A DNA stretch of 64,000 bases, from contig RDEW01000019.1 of NCBI GenBank assembly GCA_011109175.1, positions 1,016,247 to 1,080,246 on the forward strand. The letters run 5' to 3'. The stretch's first letter is position 1. Every line of letters starts with the position of its first letter. The notes under the pieces were generated by a model. It worked only from the letters and a program-made list of their open reading frames with translations, ran no database searches and had not been told where the DNA came from. Below are positions 63,101 through 64,000 of this stretch, one piece after another. Source of the stretch: Dicyema japonicum (taxonomy: Eukaryota > Animalia > Dicyemida). Position numbers and translations under genes: made by a program.

Positions 63101-64000
63101 TAAATTTTATGTTTTTGAAAGAAACAAATCGGTACCATTAGTTTGCCATACATCTATATGTTCCTCGGATTTTAACTTTGATAAACTATATTCCTAAAGT
63201 TAACGAAATATATACTATTGAAGGATTATTGAAAATTACATATGAATCAATTAATATATATCTCTCATCACATTTTATTTTGACTATTTTGCTAAACAGA
63301 ATAATTATGATATAATAAATAGTTCTGTTCATGTAGTCTAAATTTTATTAGGTCAAATTTTATTTTATATAATTTTTATCTTAATTGTTTGATATAATTA
63401 TATATTAAATATCTATGATAAAAGATACTTCATTACCATTTTTATTAAATATCTTTAATTATTTAAAATATAGTTAACATTATCAATTTCTCTCCATAAC
63501 TATTCTTCCATTACTCGACAACGTGAGAATCTTAAACAATAATTCCAGCTTCATTACTATGCGGCTCCGAATCCTATCGTTTCTACTAATCAGCTATACA
63601 AGTCGGCAAAACACGTAAATTTTGGAAAATAACCCACCTCTTTAAAATTCTTATTAAAGAATAACGATTGGATTTAGTAAAGCTGTGGTACTATGATGCA
63701 ACACAGCAAAAACCTCTCATTCTTGTCGAAGTCTCTTAATTGATAGTTAACTCTTTCTTTTTTGATGATTCTTTTATCGATGTTAGATAATAATAAAGTG
63801 GTTAGTGCTTTCAATCACGATTGGCTGTGAGTTAGATTCATACACTTCCACCTACATTAACAAGGATCCCTTCCATTTTTGCTTTCTCTGATTCTTAATC
63901 ATCAATAGGGATCTACGTGAATCGAGAAAATTGCCTAGTGCCACTACGGCTTTTAAAAACGATCGCTCGCTTTCTTACTACAGTTGATTGGTTCGCTCAT

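Overview
AT-rich eukaryotic DNA, not prokaryotic. Intron-containing genes use 22-26 nt GT-AG microintrons, which suggests a reduced parasite genome (e.g. a myxozoan or similar lineage); the taxon cannot be fixed from this window. Most of the window is decayed transposons: RTE-like, R4/Dong-like, CRE-like and I-group/Ingi-Vingi-like non-LTR retrotransposons, plus Tc1, MULE and hAT fragments. Main structures: (1) two arrays of one ~167-bp satellite family (~16 units at 11.05-13.72 kb, ~9 units at 45.32-46.82 kb); (2) a large inverted duplication with arms 20,981-32,975 and 35,114-45,301 around a ~2.1-kb spacer, the right arm abutting satellite array 2; (3) an endosulfine (ENSA/ARPP19-family) gene in each arm, intact on the right and carrying a nonsense codon on the left; (4) a 5'-truncated, intron-retaining VPS13 pseudogene with a 44-bp perfect palindrome inserted in one microintron. 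Other notable items are virus-like 2A motifs upstream of LINE endonucleases, a PHD finger on a CRE element, a structurally conserved 3' stem-loop in RTE tails and a twin-priming-like inverted RTE. No rRNA, tRNA or CRISPR array was found. One N (46,669) and many homopolymer indels mean some frameshifts and repeat variants may be assembly errors. All family assignments come from motif recognition by eye, not database searches.
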